A stretch of 64,000 nt of DNA, taken from contig OY760504.1 in NCBI GenBank assembly GCA_963663705.1, positions 2,711,217 through 2,775,216 on the forward strand. Direction: 5' to 3'. The DNA comes from Armatimonadota bacterium. GTDB taxonomy: Bacteria > Armatimonadota > UBA5829 > DTJY01. The position numbers and the translations under genes are program-made. A model generated the notes under the pieces. The model did no database searches. It saw only the letters and a program-made list of their open reading frames with translations, and was not told the DNA's origin. Each line of letters starts with the position of its first letter. Position 1 is the stretch's first letter. Below, in pieces: positions 31,192 through 41,220 of this stretch.

Positions 31192-32085
31192 TTGACCGGC
31201 AAAGATATCAAAGTCGCCCTGATAGGGTTGGACACAAGCCATACTATCGAGTTCGCTAAACGCATGCAGTCGCCGGACTGCCCGAAATCCGAGAGGGTGG
31301 ACGGAATGCGTGCAGTAAGCTGCCTACGGTTCTCGACGCCTTTCCAGAGCGAGGAGGGGCTGAACGCGCGCCAGCAGCAGCTCACGGCGTGGGGAATACC
31401 GGTAATGACGAGCTTCGATGAAGCCGTTGCCGATTGTGACGCCGTGATGCTCGAGATCAACGACCCATCGCTGCACCTGGAGTACGTGAAGAGGTGCGCA
31501 GATCTTGGGAAGCCTATCTTCCTGGACAAGCCGCTCGCAGACAACCTTGAAAACGGCAGGGAGATCGGCCGGATCGCATCCGAGCGGAATCTCCGCATGT
31601 TCACCTCGTCATCGCTCCGGTTCGTGCCGGAGGTCCGCACGGCGTGCGCGGCGATGCCGAATCCGTCGTATTCGTATGCGTATGGTATTCTCGGCAAGGC
31701 GGCGGCCGGAAGCTCTATCATCTGGTACGGCATACACTCGTTCGAGATGCTGCAGATGATGATGGGGAACGGTGCGGCGAAGGTGACGACGACACCGGAT
31801 TCGTCCGGGGTAGTCGTGGTCGTCGAGTACGTGGACGGGCGTCGCGGTGTGGTCGAGCTGACGGTAGGTGCTGGGATATTCGGCGGAATGCTCAAGACCG
31901 GCGAGCATGCGGTGCCGTTTGCTATCGTCGACGACGGGCGTGATTACACCGAACTTGTGAGAGCGGTAGCTAAGTTCTTCAGCGGTGGAGAAGCACCGGT
32001 CGGGCTCGAAGCGAGCCTCGAGATCATCGCCATGCTCGATGCGGCGGAGCGTTCTCTGCAGGAGAAGAAGAGCATCTCTCTCTAG
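31192..32085 (+). CDS. Divergent Gfo/Idh/MocA-like oxidoreductase
   Basis: TTG start after RBS GGAGGA; KVALIGLDTSHTIEF NAD-binding-like N-terminus; LDKP motif. Confidence 0.6.
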   Translation: MTGKDIKVALIGLDTSHTIEFAKRMQSPDCPKSERVDGMRAVSCLRFSTPFQSEEGLNARQQQLTAWGIPVMTSFDEAVADCDAVMLEINDPSLHLEYVKRCADLGKPIFLDKPLADNLENGREIGRIASERNLRMFTSSSLRFVPEVRTACAAMPNPSYSYAYGILGKAAAGSSIIWYGIHSFEMLQMMMGNGAAKVTTTPDSSGVVVVVEYVDGRRGVVELTVGAGIFGGMLKTGEHAVPFAIVDDGRDYTELVRAVAKFFSGGEAPVGLEASLEIIAMLDAAERSLQEKKSISL

Positions 32086-32116
32086 TGGAATTGGATATCA
32101 GGTGAGGAGTCGTAGA

Positions 32117-33265
32117 ATGATCGAATGTGTTCGTCTGGGAGTCGTAGGGCTTGGTGGCATGGGTGGTTATCATGCTTCCTATGTGGGCGACGGGGAGATA
32201 CAAGGGTGTAATCTCTCCGCCGTCTGCGATCCCGATCAGAAAAAGCTGAAGAAATTCGAGAACGTGCATACGTATATGGACAGCCGGGAGATGCTTCGCT
32301 CCGGCGAGGTCGATGCGGTGCTGATCGCGACTCCTCACTATCTCCACACGAGCATCGGCATAGATGCGCTCGAACACGGTCTGCACGTTCTTGTCGAGAA
32401 GCCGATCTCCGTGCACAAGGCGGACTGTAAGCGTCTGCTCTCCGCACATAAGGGGCAGGTCTTTGCGGCGATGTTCGATCTGCGTACTGACCCGTTGTAT
32501 GTGAAACTGAAAGACCTTATCCAAAAGGGTGAGCTTGGAAAGATAACGAGAGTCAACTGGATACTCACGGATTGGTTCCGAACGAACGCGTACTATGCGA
32601 GCAGCGCGTGGCGTGGGACCTGGGAGGGCGAGGGCGGGGGGGTGCTGATCAACCAGTGTCCGCATCAGCTCGATCTGCTCTGCTGGTTCTTCGGCATGCC
32701 GAGGCGCGTCCGGGCGTTCTGCGGGTTTGGGGCTTGCCACGATATCGAGGTCGAGGATGCGGTGACGGCCGTTCTGGAGTACCCCGATGGCGCAACCGGG
32801 GTTTTCATCGCCGGAACGGGAGAGTGCCCTGGCACCAACCGGCTGGAGATAGTCGGAGATATCGGCCGGTGCGTAGTTGAGGACGGAGAGATTTCCATGA
32901 TCCGAAATGAGGTCTCGTCGAGGGCGTACATCCGGAACTCACCTTCCGGGTTCGAGAAGCCCGACCGGTGGGACATACGGATACCGGTCGGCGGCAGAGT
33001 CGACGGGCAGAAGGCGATCACCCAGAACTTCGTCGATGCCATAACCGAGGGAGCAGAGTTGATAGCTCCGGCGAGAGACGGGATCAACTCCGTCGAGCTC
33101 GCCAACGCGATGGTCTACTCGTCGATGATCGACGATAACGTGGAGCTGCCGCTCGACGGAGAGAAGTACGAGCGCATGCTGAATGACCTTGTGGCGAAAT
33201 CGTGCTTCGTCAAAAAGACGATGACGGTGGAGACTTCCGACTTCACGAAGTCGTTTCACGGGTAG
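32117..33265 (+). CDS. Gfo/Idh/MocA family oxidoreductase
   Basis: LGVVGLGGMGGYH N-terminus and VEKP motif. The ATG at 32117 follows RBS GGTGAGGAG. The listed ORF's 31985 start overlaps the previous gene. Confidence 0.8.
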   Translation: MIECVRLGVVGLGGMGGYHASYVGDGEIQGCNLSAVCDPDQKKLKKFENVHTYMDSREMLRSGEVDAVLIATPHYLHTSIGIDALEHGLHVLVEKPISVHKADCKRLLSAHKGQVFAAMFDLRTDPLYVKLKDLIQKGELGKITRVNWILTDWFRTNAYYASSAWRGTWEGEGGGVLINQCPHQLDLLCWFFGMPRRVRAFCGFGACHDIEVEDAVTAVLEYPDGATGVFIAGTGECPGTNRLEIVGDIGRCVVEDGEISMIRNEVSSRAYIRNSPSGFEKPDRWDIRIPVGGRVDGQKAITQNFVDAITEGAELIAPARDGINSVELANAMVYSSMIDDNVELPLDGEKYERMLNDLVAKSCFVKKTMTVETSDFTKSFHG

Positions 33266-33291
33266 GAAGAGCATATAAGAAGGGTGAATAT

Positions 33292-34167
33292 ATGTACTAT
33301 ACAGGTTTTGCCGATGAGGCTGCGGACGATATCGACGGGCAGATACGCGCCACGTGTGAGCTCGGCTGGCGGCACATCGAGGCGAGAAGCATCAACGGCA
33401 CGAATATCAACGATATTCCCGAGCCGGAGTTCGATCGTGTCTGCGGCAAGCTGGTGGATGCCGGCATCAGCGTGAACTGCCTGGGTTCGACTATCGCCAA
33501 CTGGGGAAAGTGCGTCGATGCCCCGTTCGAGCTCTCGCTGGAAGAGGTCAAGCGTGCAATTCCCCGGATGCAGCGGCTCGGCACGAAGATGATCCGCATC
33601 ATGAGCTACGCCGTCATGCCTGACCGCGAGCCGAACGACCAGATGGAGAGAGAGCGGTTCAGGAAGCTCCGGGAGATTCAGAGCATCTTTACCGACGCGG
33701 GCATCACCCCCCTGCACGAGAACTGCATGAACTATGGCGGAATGGGTTGGCCGTACACGATCAAGCTGCTCGAAAACGTCGAAGGGCTGAAGCTGGTCTT
33801 CGACACCGGGAACCCAGTCTTTACCGATGACCGGAGCAAGCTGAAACCGTACCCCAAGCAGTCAGCGTGGGAGTTCTACCAGCATATCCGGTATCACGTG
33901 GCCTACATCCATATAAAAGACGGCTACTACGACGCTTCGATGGATAAAGAGGTCTTCACGTTTCCCGGCGAAGGGAAGGCAGAAGTGCGCCGAATCCTGG
34001 AAGACCTGCTGAAAAACGGCTATGATGGTGGTATATCAATCGAGCCGCACATGGCGGCCGTCTTTCACGACGCATCGGTTCGGTCGGAAGATGACGTCAG
34101 ATATGCAAACTATATCGAGTATGGCCGCAGGGTTATGCGGCTGGTCGAGTCCATAAAAGAAGGGTAA
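33292..34167 (+). CDS. Sugar phosphate isomerase/epimerase (xylose-isomerase-like TIM barrel)
   Basis: Family pattern; RBS AAGGGTG. Confidence 0.65.
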   Translation: MYYTGFADEAADDIDGQIRATCELGWRHIEARSINGTNINDIPEPEFDRVCGKLVDAGISVNCLGSTIANWGKCVDAPFELSLEEVKRAIPRMQRLGTKMIRIMSYAVMPDREPNDQMERERFRKLREIQSIFTDAGITPLHENCMNYGGMGWPYTIKLLENVEGLKLVFDTGNPVFTDDRSKLKPYPKQSAWEFYQHIRYHVAYIHIKDGYYDASMDKEVFTFPGEGKAEVRRILEDLLKNGYDGGISIEPHMAAVFHDASVRSEDDVRYANYIEYGRRVMRLVESIKEG

Positions 34168-34172
34168 GTAAT

Positions 34173-35656
34173 TTGAAACGATCGGTTGTACTCTGTGCAC
34201 TATCGGCTCTCCTGGCGACCTGCGGGTCTGCGCGGGCGGTGACGGTCAGGGATTTCCTCGGCACTAACCAGGCGGGCGGGAACTTCACGAACCTGGCCGA
34301 ACTCGGTCTGGGATGGGACAGGGAGCATTTCTACGACCAGGGCTGGCCGCTGGAGGCTGGAAGTGGTTACGACTTCTCCGTATCGGACAAGGAGATCCTT
34401 GCTGCGCAGAAAGAAGGCGTAGCGGTACTGCCGATCCTTGCGTACGTCGCACCCTGGGCGGCGCAGACGCACAGCTGCGACTTCGACTACAAAGGCATCC
34501 ACTACCGAGTGCTCGTCACAAAAGACCCGAATAGCCCCGGTGGATACAGGCGGGTGCGCATCGGCACAGACTCCACCGGCAAAGAAGTCAGCCGGCAGGT
34601 TATGAGCAACGAGCGGAGTTCGCCGCAACGGGAACTCTGGGAGGAGTACGTGGAGCGGCTCGTCTCCCACTACTCCAAACCGCCGTACAACGTCAAGTAC
34701 TGGCAGATATGGAACGAAGGGACGATGGAATCCGGCTGCTTCTGGGACGAGAACATCGAGAACTACGTGGACAACGTCCATATCCCGGCAGCGAAGATCA
34801 TCCGGAAGTACGGCGGCAAAGTGGTCTGGGGTGGTTGGCCGGACTGTAACCCGCTCTCCGAGTACGACAAGGCACTCGCGTGTCATGATGCATGGAAGTA
34901 CACCGACATCCTCGATGTCCACTACCTCCCGCCGGTGGCGTTCGACTACCTCTACAAACGCTGGGTAGGGAACGGCAAGTGCGAAGGGATATGGATGACG
35001 GAGATCGGCTTCACTCAGAACTTCAACCAGATAGCCAATACCTATCCACGGATGTTCTACTGGGCGCTGACGCACAAGTTCGACGACCCGGAGAAGTACA
35101 AAGTCTTCTGGTTCGCCAGATGGAGTCCGGACGACCCGAAGGCGTATGGGTACAACTGCAGCCTGATGAAAGGCCAGACACCTACCGACCACGGCCTGCA
35201 GATTCACCAGTTCTCAGAACTCTTGCGCGGGCAGAAGGTAGAGGCCTTCACGCAGTACAGCACTGACCTGAACATAGGCTTCAGCCTCGACGAGAGAGCG
35301 GCCCGGCCTCGGTCGAAGGTTTCCATGCTGACGACCGGTACGTCTTTGCATTCCATATTCCGGTCACCTCGTCCGGGCACTGGATAGACCGGAAAACCGG
35401 GGACACCCGCCACATGGCGTTCAACAACCACGCGAGGCTCGTGCTGAAACTGAAGCATCCGGGAGAGTACACGGCGAAAGCCCTCCCGCTGCAGGGGCGT
35501 GATGAGTATGCGGCGAAGACCACGATCACCGATTCGGGCGTAACGGTGGACTTCGACATGCCGATAGGTTGCGGCGACTCCGTGAAACGCCCGATGGGTG
35601 ATGAGGCGATTTTTTACGTGGTCGTCCAGCCGCAAACAGGCGGCGAGAAGCTGTAG
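34173..35656 (+). CDS. Secreted glycoside-hydrolase-like protein with an apparent -1 frameshift near 35290-35320
   Basis: Signal peptide VLCALSALLATCGSARA. GH-A-like WQIWNEG and IWMTEIGF blocks. Frame 0 ends at 35387 after unnatural sequence. The -1 frame is open from 35267 to 35656 and reads as natural protein (FHADDRYVFAFHIPVTSSGHWIDRK...). Confidence 0.5.
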
Positions 35657-36660
35657 TGAATGTGGGGAAGAATGTGGTTTGTGCTAAAAACGGATTTGTA
35701 GATTTGCAGGTCAACGGGCTTAAGAGGCTGGATATCTCACAGCCCGGCCTGACATTTGAAAGCGTTCGGTGGCTTACGGAGAGCCTGGTCGGGCTCGGCA
35801 CGGTGGCGTACTGCCCAACGCTGGTAACTGCTCCCATGGACGTCTACCGGGAGAACCTCTCGGTGCTCTCGAGCGCGATGGATTCCCCCGAACTCTCGCC
35901 GCACCTGCTCGGAATCCACCTGGAAGGCCCGTTCATCTCGCCGATGCCGGGTGCTCGAGGCGGACATCAGGCGGAGTACGTGCGGCTGCCATCCGTGGAG
36001 GATTTCGATCGCTTGCAGGAATGGGCTTGCGGGAAGATCAGAATGCTGACGGTAGCGCCGGAGATGCCCGATGCCGCCGCTCTGATCCGTCACGCGTCGT
36101 CACGCGGGGTGCTGGTCTCGCTTGGGCATCACTATGCGGACCGGGATGCGATGCAGCGGGCGGTCGATGCAGGTGCGAGGTGTGCCACGCACGTCGGCAA
36201 CGGCATCCCGAATGCGATCGACCGTCACCACAACCCCCTATGGTGGCAACTGGCGTGCGACGATCTGATGTGCACGTTTATAACCGACGGGCATCACCTG
36301 CCTGCCGATTTTATCAAAACGGCGCTGCGTACGAAGGGCGTGGAGCGGTTTGTGGCCGTGAGCGATGCGTCACCTCTCGCCGCCCTGCCTCCGGGAGAGT
36401 ACCAATATCTTGGGAAAAGGATGCAGATCGAGCTTACCGGCCGCATATTCTGCCCAGAGAGCGGCGGACTGGGAGGGTCTCACAGCACGATGCTCGAGTG
36501 CATGAACCATCTGGCGTCCTTGGGACTGCTGTCTGAAGATGAGCTGTGGCAGGTCGGTTACTCGAATCCACTCAGCCTTCTGGGCACTGCCCCCTGTGCC
36601 GCGAATGGAATAACGCCTCCCTCATTGACTTTTGGGAGTTGCGGATTTGCGTTTCTGTGA
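35656..36660 (+). CDS. nagA: NagA-family amidohydrolase (N-acetylglucosamine-6-phosphate deacetylase-like), N-terminally short
   Basis: DLQVNG, IHLEGPFISP...GARGGH, TVAPE, SLGHH, ATHVGNGI blocks match NagA motifs. The GTG start overlaps the upstream stop. About 40 N-terminal residues found in canonical NagA are missing. Confidence 0.55.
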   Translation: MNVGKNVVCAKNGFVDLQVNGLKRLDISQPGLTFESVRWLTESLVGLGTVAYCPTLVTAPMDVYRENLSVLSSAMDSPELSPHLLGIHLEGPFISPMPGARGGHQAEYVRLPSVEDFDRLQEWACGKIRMLTVAPEMPDAAALIRHASSRGVLVSLGHHYADRDAMQRAVDAGARCATHVGNGIPNAIDRHHNPLWWQLACDDLMCTFITDGHHLPADFIKTALRTKGVERFVAVSDASPLAALPPGEYQYLGKRMQIELTGRIFCPESGGLGGSHSTMLECMNHLASLGLLSEDELWQVGYSNPLSLLGTAPCAANGITPPSLTFGSCGFAFL

Positions 36661-36712
36661 TTAGAATGATGTATCCTACAACCCTTTCCACAAGATAGAG
36701 GAGGAAGCTGTT

Positions 36713-37555
36713 TTGCAAATATCAGAGATATCGGCTGTGGTACGTTCGGGCTGCGGCAAGCATATTTTGGAACTGATGACGAACAACGGCGTCGATCCTC
36801 ATATGAGAGACCATGACATCCAGCTGGTCTACAAAGGCCGCGGTAAGATGTTCATCGGGGATAGGGTGATACCTCTTGAAAAGGGGGATATCATCACAAT
36901 ATTTCCAGGCGAGTCCTTCTGTGTGGAGTCGACGAGCAACGAGCAACTCTGTCGATACTATATACACATGGACTTCTTCAGCGGCTCGGAAGAGCGTCTG
37001 ATTACGCCGACCCTCGATGACGGCTCTCGCTGGCCGAGGCTGGTGCATATGGTAGACGATGTCGATGCAAGGCTTCTCTGCGTCGATATAATTCTGCAGA
37101 GTCTGGACGACCACAATCCCGCAGCGTCACGGATAATCGCAAACGGAAAGCTTCTTACCCTGATCGGCCTGATACTCAAGCGGCATATGGATTCGCAGCC
37201 GGATATCAGACCCCAGCACATGAAGAGTCGCCGTGGGATTCTGAAGGCCCAGAAGCACATCATGGAGAACTACGCCATGGACCTCTCGCTCGAGACCCTC
37301 GCCGCGGTTGCCGGTCTTAGCCCGAGCTATTTCGGGAGCGTCTTCAAGGCGATTCTGGGTAAGTCTCCGATAGACTATCTTACGGATTACCGCATATCTC
37401 TCGCCAAGAAGTACCTGCTCGAGACCGGGTACAACGTCTGCCAGGTCGCCAACCTGGTTGGGTATGAGGACGTCTACTACTTCAGCAGCGTCTTCAAACA
37501 TCGGACGGGGATAAGCCCTTCACAGTTTATGGCAAGTATCATCGTCGATGAGTAG
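36713..37555 (+). CDS. AraC family transcriptional regulator
   Basis: TTG start after GAGGAGGAAG; cupin-like N-terminal domain; C-terminal AraC-type HTH (SPSYFGSVFKAILGKSPIDYLTDYRISLAKKYLLETGYNVCQVANLVGYED). Confidence 0.75.
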   Translation: MQISEISAVVRSGCGKHILELMTNNGVDPHMRDHDIQLVYKGRGKMFIGDRVIPLEKGDIITIFPGESFCVESTSNEQLCRYYIHMDFFSGSEERLITPTLDDGSRWPRLVHMVDDVDARLLCVDIILQSLDDHNPAASRIIANGKLLTLIGLILKRHMDSQPDIRPQHMKSRRGILKAQKHIMENYAMDLSLETLAAVAGLSPSYFGSVFKAILGKSPIDYLTDYRISLAKKYLLETGYNVCQVANLVGYEDVYYFSSVFKHRTGISPSQFMASIIVDE

Positions 37556-37578
37556 CATCGGAAAGGGAACGAGTAGAG

Positions 37579-39525
37579 ATGAGATTAGGCAGAATAGTCA
37601 ATGTTACGGCAGCTTTGGTACTGTTTTCCAGTATGGCGTTCGCTCAAGCGTCGCCTGCGAAGATCAAAGGGACGGAGTATTTCGACCCCGGGGTCGTCTG
37701 GTACACGCCGAAGGACAAAGATAAGATCGCAAGTGAGCTAGAGAAGGTCAAGGCGGATGGCTACAAGCACATCGCCATCTCTTCATGGATGTGGACTCTC
37801 CCGTCGCCCGGTTCTGATCTGCGCGAGAACACCGACTTTCTGCTCGACTGGTGTGACAAGAACGGCATCGGTGTGCTGCTGCATCACAACATCCAGTACA
37901 ACGAAGGCTGGAATTCCGAATATTTCGATAATATCTACGTCGATCCGGCCAAATATTTCCGGCAGCATCTCGTGGACTGGGTCGATACACTCAAAGGCCA
38001 TTCGTGTGTGATAGGGATGGAACTCGGAAACGAGGTCGGCATCGGGCGTGTGCCGGGTGATGCGGTGGACATACCTCACTATGCTGAAGGATTTCGCAAA
38101 TGGGTGGTCGACTACCACGGGAGTCTCGATAAGCTGAACGCCGCCTGGGGTACTCAGTACAAGATCCCCTCGGAGATCGATTTTCCGAACGAGAAAGCCC
38201 CCGGCTACGTCGATCTGCGGCGATTTCAGATGCTGCAGTTCGGCCGGTTCTATGGAGAGCTCTTCGATAAGGTCGTGAAGCCGGAACTCGGCGACAACCT
38301 GATATACACAACCAAGACGGGCCGAAACCCGTACTCGTACCGCGACTACCCGAGCGCCACGGTCATAGGGTGGGACGATCTGATGGCTAATTACCCGCTG
38401 TGGGGCATAAAGCTCACAGCGGATGTCGATCCGCGCCCCTCGTACAACTCGGAGCTGCATCTCTACCATGACGATTTCCAGTTCTTCCCTTCCATCGAGC
38501 TGGTGAGGTACAGGTATCTGACCAGTGTGCTGAATGGAGAGCTTACGACCGCGAGCTTCAGTTGGGGCAGCTGGAACAAGCCAGCGATCGCGAAGATCCA
38601 CAGCCAAACGCCGGATACTCTGAAGGAGGCAGATCGGCTGACTCCGTACCTCCAGCGCTTCCACGAGGCCGAGCTGAAGAGCCGCATCGGAGTACTGGTG
38701 ACTGAACCTCAGTACCGCGATTGCATGGAGAACTTCGCCGATGTGCGTGCCTATAACGGCATGGGAGTGAAAGAGACGAAGCACAGCACCGACATGAAGG
38801 GTGTGGACGACAAGACGGCCGCATACGGCCTTGCCTACGCTGCGCTCGGGTCTACTGGCCGTCCGTGGCGCTACGTGCTCGATCTCGATCTCTCCAAAGA
38901 GGCCTCGAGTTTGGACACGCTGGTCATCTGGACGAGCTCGCAGATGCCCGCAAGAACGCTTACACAGGTGCTGAATCTTCCGGCGAGTGTGAAGATCTAC
39001 TGGGTGGGTCCCTGGGCGAGCACCGACGAGTATGGGTATAAGCTTTCTGCAGCCGATTTCTCTGCACTGAAGAAGAGGGCGAAACAGCTCGACGATGGTG
39101 AGGAACTCACTGATGCCCTGCAAGATAAGGATCTGCCTGATTTCTACAATGCATACGGCAAAGTCTCCTACGGATGGTATGAACCGCAGAAAGGGCACTA
39201 CACATTCGACATGATCTACCCTCGTATAGAAGCGAGATACATCGACGGCCCTGACGGTGAGAAGGACGTTCTGCTCATCAACCACACCCGCGACATAGTC
39301 ACGCTTCCGTACGGCAACGTCCTGCCGTGGCTGAATGTCGATACCATGCAGGCCATCGACATCACGGGTGAATCTCCGACTTTGGCCTCGCCGAAGTACG
39401 TGCGGTTCGGGCAGGTCGCAGACAGGGAGAAGACGGAGCGGATAGTGATGGGTCCCTTCGACGTCCGCGTCTTCAGATACCTGCCGAAGGATAAGGTAGA
39501 TCTCGGCAGCTTTGCGTCGAAATAA
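37579..39525 (+). CDS. Secreted TIM-barrel glycoside-hydrolase-like protein (GH42/GH-A-like)
   Basis: Signal peptide AALVLFSSMAFAQA; GMELGNEVG block; 648 aa. Confidence 0.4.
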   Translation: MRLGRIVNVTAALVLFSSMAFAQASPAKIKGTEYFDPGVVWYTPKDKDKIASELEKVKADGYKHIAISSWMWTLPSPGSDLRENTDFLLDWCDKNGIGVLLHHNIQYNEGWNSEYFDNIYVDPAKYFRQHLVDWVDTLKGHSCVIGMELGNEVGIGRVPGDAVDIPHYAEGFRKWVVDYHGSLDKLNAAWGTQYKIPSEIDFPNEKAPGYVDLRRFQMLQFGRFYGELFDKVVKPELGDNLIYTTKTGRNPYSYRDYPSATVIGWDDLMANYPLWGIKLTADVDPRPSYNSELHLYHDDFQFFPSIELVRYRYLTSVLNGELTTASFSWGSWNKPAIAKIHSQTPDTLKEADRLTPYLQRFHEAELKSRIGVLVTEPQYRDCMENFADVRAYNGMGVKETKHSTDMKGVDDKTAAYGLAYAALGSTGRPWRYVLDLDLSKEASSLDTLVIWTSSQMPARTLTQVLNLPASVKIYWVGPWASTDEYGYKLSAADFSALKKRAKQLDDGEELTDALQDKDLPDFYNAYGKVSYGWYEPQKGHYTFDMIYPRIEARYIDGPDGEKDVLLINHTRDIVTLPYGNVLPWLNVDTMQAIDITGESPTLASPKYVRFGQVADREKTERIVMGPFDVRVFRYLPKDKVDLGSFASK

Positions 39526-39584
39526 TGCAGAAATATATCATTACTTGTACAATACAAACGCACGTGCCTCGGGGATCCTCGTCA

Positions 39585-39830
39585 AAGCAGTGCACCGACT
39601 TTCCCTGGTTTTTTGCACGCATCGGCTGCTCGTACGATCCGTGCCTTGTATGCCGCCGAGAATCTCCTGCGTCCACTCGTCGCCGATACCTTCGGATCGG
39701 GAGTGTTTACAGATGCCGGATTACCTGATGCATCTAACTTGTTTGAATCCATTCCATGCCTCCTCGCCCTCTACACTAATTATACACTGGAGGCTGTTTC
39801 ATATATATTGACACAGAGGGTAGGCCCGAT
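39585..39830 (-). repeat. 245-bp direct duplicate of the IS3 5' terminus plus the first 56 codons of orfA (a second copy is at 40983-41218)
   Basis: Near-identical nucleotide runs, aagcagtgcaccgact ... ggctgtttcatatatattgacacagaggg, in both places. Confidence 0.8.
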
Positions 39831-40773
39831 CAAGCGTTTCGTTGCGAGCCTGGCTGACCGATTCGGCCATGCCATAGTGAACCATCTCCGGCGTCAGCAG
39901 GGCTATCCTGGAGTGATGATGCTCCTGATTATACCAATCGAAGAAGGTACCGCAGAATCCTCGTGCATCTTCGATGCTGCCGAATCTCTCCGGAAACTCC
40001 GGCCGGTATTTCATCGTCTTGAAATGGCTCTCCGAGAACGGGTTGTCATTTGATGTATACGGTCGGCTGTGCGTCTTGGTCGCCCCAAGGTCCGAGGGTA
40101 GCATCGCTACACATTTCGATCTCATAGATGAGCCTCGATCGGCATGGAGCGTGAGCTGCTTCGGGTCTGCTTCCTGTTTCCGTATAGTTTCACTTATCAG
40201 ATGCTTTGCCAACTCTGCGTTCTCCCTATATGCGATCATCCAGCCCACTACGTATCTGCTGAATACGTCGATGATCACGTAGAGATAGAAGTAGGTCCAC
40301 TTTGCAGGGCCTTTGAGTTTGGTTATATCCCAACTCCAGAGCTCGTTCGGCCGGGTGGCAAGCAACTCGGGTTTGGCATATTCTCCATGCTTTGTCTGGT
40401 TTCTGCGTTCACGGACTTCTTCGTTCTTATTGAGAATCCGATACATCGTGCTGATCGAGCAGAGGTAGACGCCTTCATCGAGAAGTGTGGCGTAGATCTC
40501 TGATGGTGGCATGTCCACGAACCTCTCGGAGTGCAAAACATCCAGAATGTGATCCCTTTCATTGTCAGATAGGGCACGCTCAGGCGTGATCGACTCTCTT
40601 GGTGGGACTGGATTGTCTTTGCGCTTCCAGAACCGATATGCCGATGCACGTGCGATACCCAACGCCCGACAAGCCTTTGTCCAGTTTGTAATGGAAGCCA
40701 GTCTCTTCGCAGCTTCCATTATTTCTCCTCTTCGGTCGAGATGCTCGTCGGAGCTATTCCAAGAATCTCGCAC
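39799..40773 (-). CDS. IS3-family transposase OrfB (integrase core), expressed as an OrfAB fusion by -1 frameshifting
   Basis: 324 aa; DDE motif. It overlaps orfA by 55 nt in the -1 frame. Confidence 0.85.
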   Translation of the reverse strand: MRDSWNSSDEHLDRRGEIMEAAKRLASITNWTKACRALGIARASAYRFWKRKDNPVPPRESITPERALSDNERDHILDVLHSERFVDMPPSEIYATLLDEGVYLCSISTMYRILNKNEEVRERRNQTKHGEYAKPELLATRPNELWSWDITKLKGPAKWTYFYLYVIIDVFSRYVVGWMIAYRENAELAKHLISETIRKQEADPKQLTLHADRGSSMRSKCVAMLPSDLGATKTHSRPYTSNDNPFSESHFKTMKYRPEFPERFGSIEDARGFCGTFFDWYNQEHHHSRIALLTPEMVHYGMAESVSQARNETLDRAYPLCQYI

Positions 40774-41150
40774 AAGTTTTTTTGGAACTCGATGATGAGC
40801 TCTGCCCCTTTGAGCTTCCTCTGCGTCCGTTCAAGTTCTCGGCGCAGTTTTTCAACTTCGGGAAGAAGCGGGTTCTTCGTCGGCTTCCGCCCGCGCTTGT
40901 CGTCGGTGAGTGCGACTTCGGCTCCATGCCGATATTCTCTGCGCCATTTCGTCAGATTAGAAGAATACAGTCCTTCTCGCCGAAGCAGTGCACCGACTTC
41001 CCCTGGCTTTTTGCACGCATCGGCTGCTCGTACGATCCGCGCCTTGTATGCCGCCGAGAATCTCCTGCGCCCACTCGTCGCCGATACCTCCGGATCGGGA
41101 GCGTTTACACATGCCGGTTTACCTGACGTATCTAACTTGCTTGAATCCAT
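40719..41150 (-). CDS. IS3-family transposase OrfA (HTH)
   Basis: 143 aa; typical IS3/IS911 OrfA with a leucine-zipper-like C-terminus. Confidence 0.85.
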   Translation of the reverse strand: MDSSKLDTSGKPACVNAPDPEVSATSGRRRFSAAYKARIVRAADACKKPGEVGALLRREGLYSSNLTKWRREYRHGAEVALTDDKRGRKPTKNPLLPEVEKLRRELERTQRKLKGAELIIEFQKNLCEILGIAPTSISTEEEK

Positions 41151-41220
41151 TCCATGCCTCCTCGCCCTCTACACTAATTATACACTAGAGGCTGTTTCAT
41201 ATATATTGACACAGAGGGGA

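Larger units (their letters stand above)
39585..41218 (-). mobile_element. IS3-family insertion sequence, apparently intact (orfA and orfB with a -1 frameshift site)
   Basis: orfA 40719..41150 has a HTH (RRRFSAAYKARIVRAAD...). orfB 39799..40773 has an rve/DDE core (WSWDITKL...HADRGSSM...YTSNDNPFSESHFKT). Slippery A6C at 40776-40784. Confidence 0.85.
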
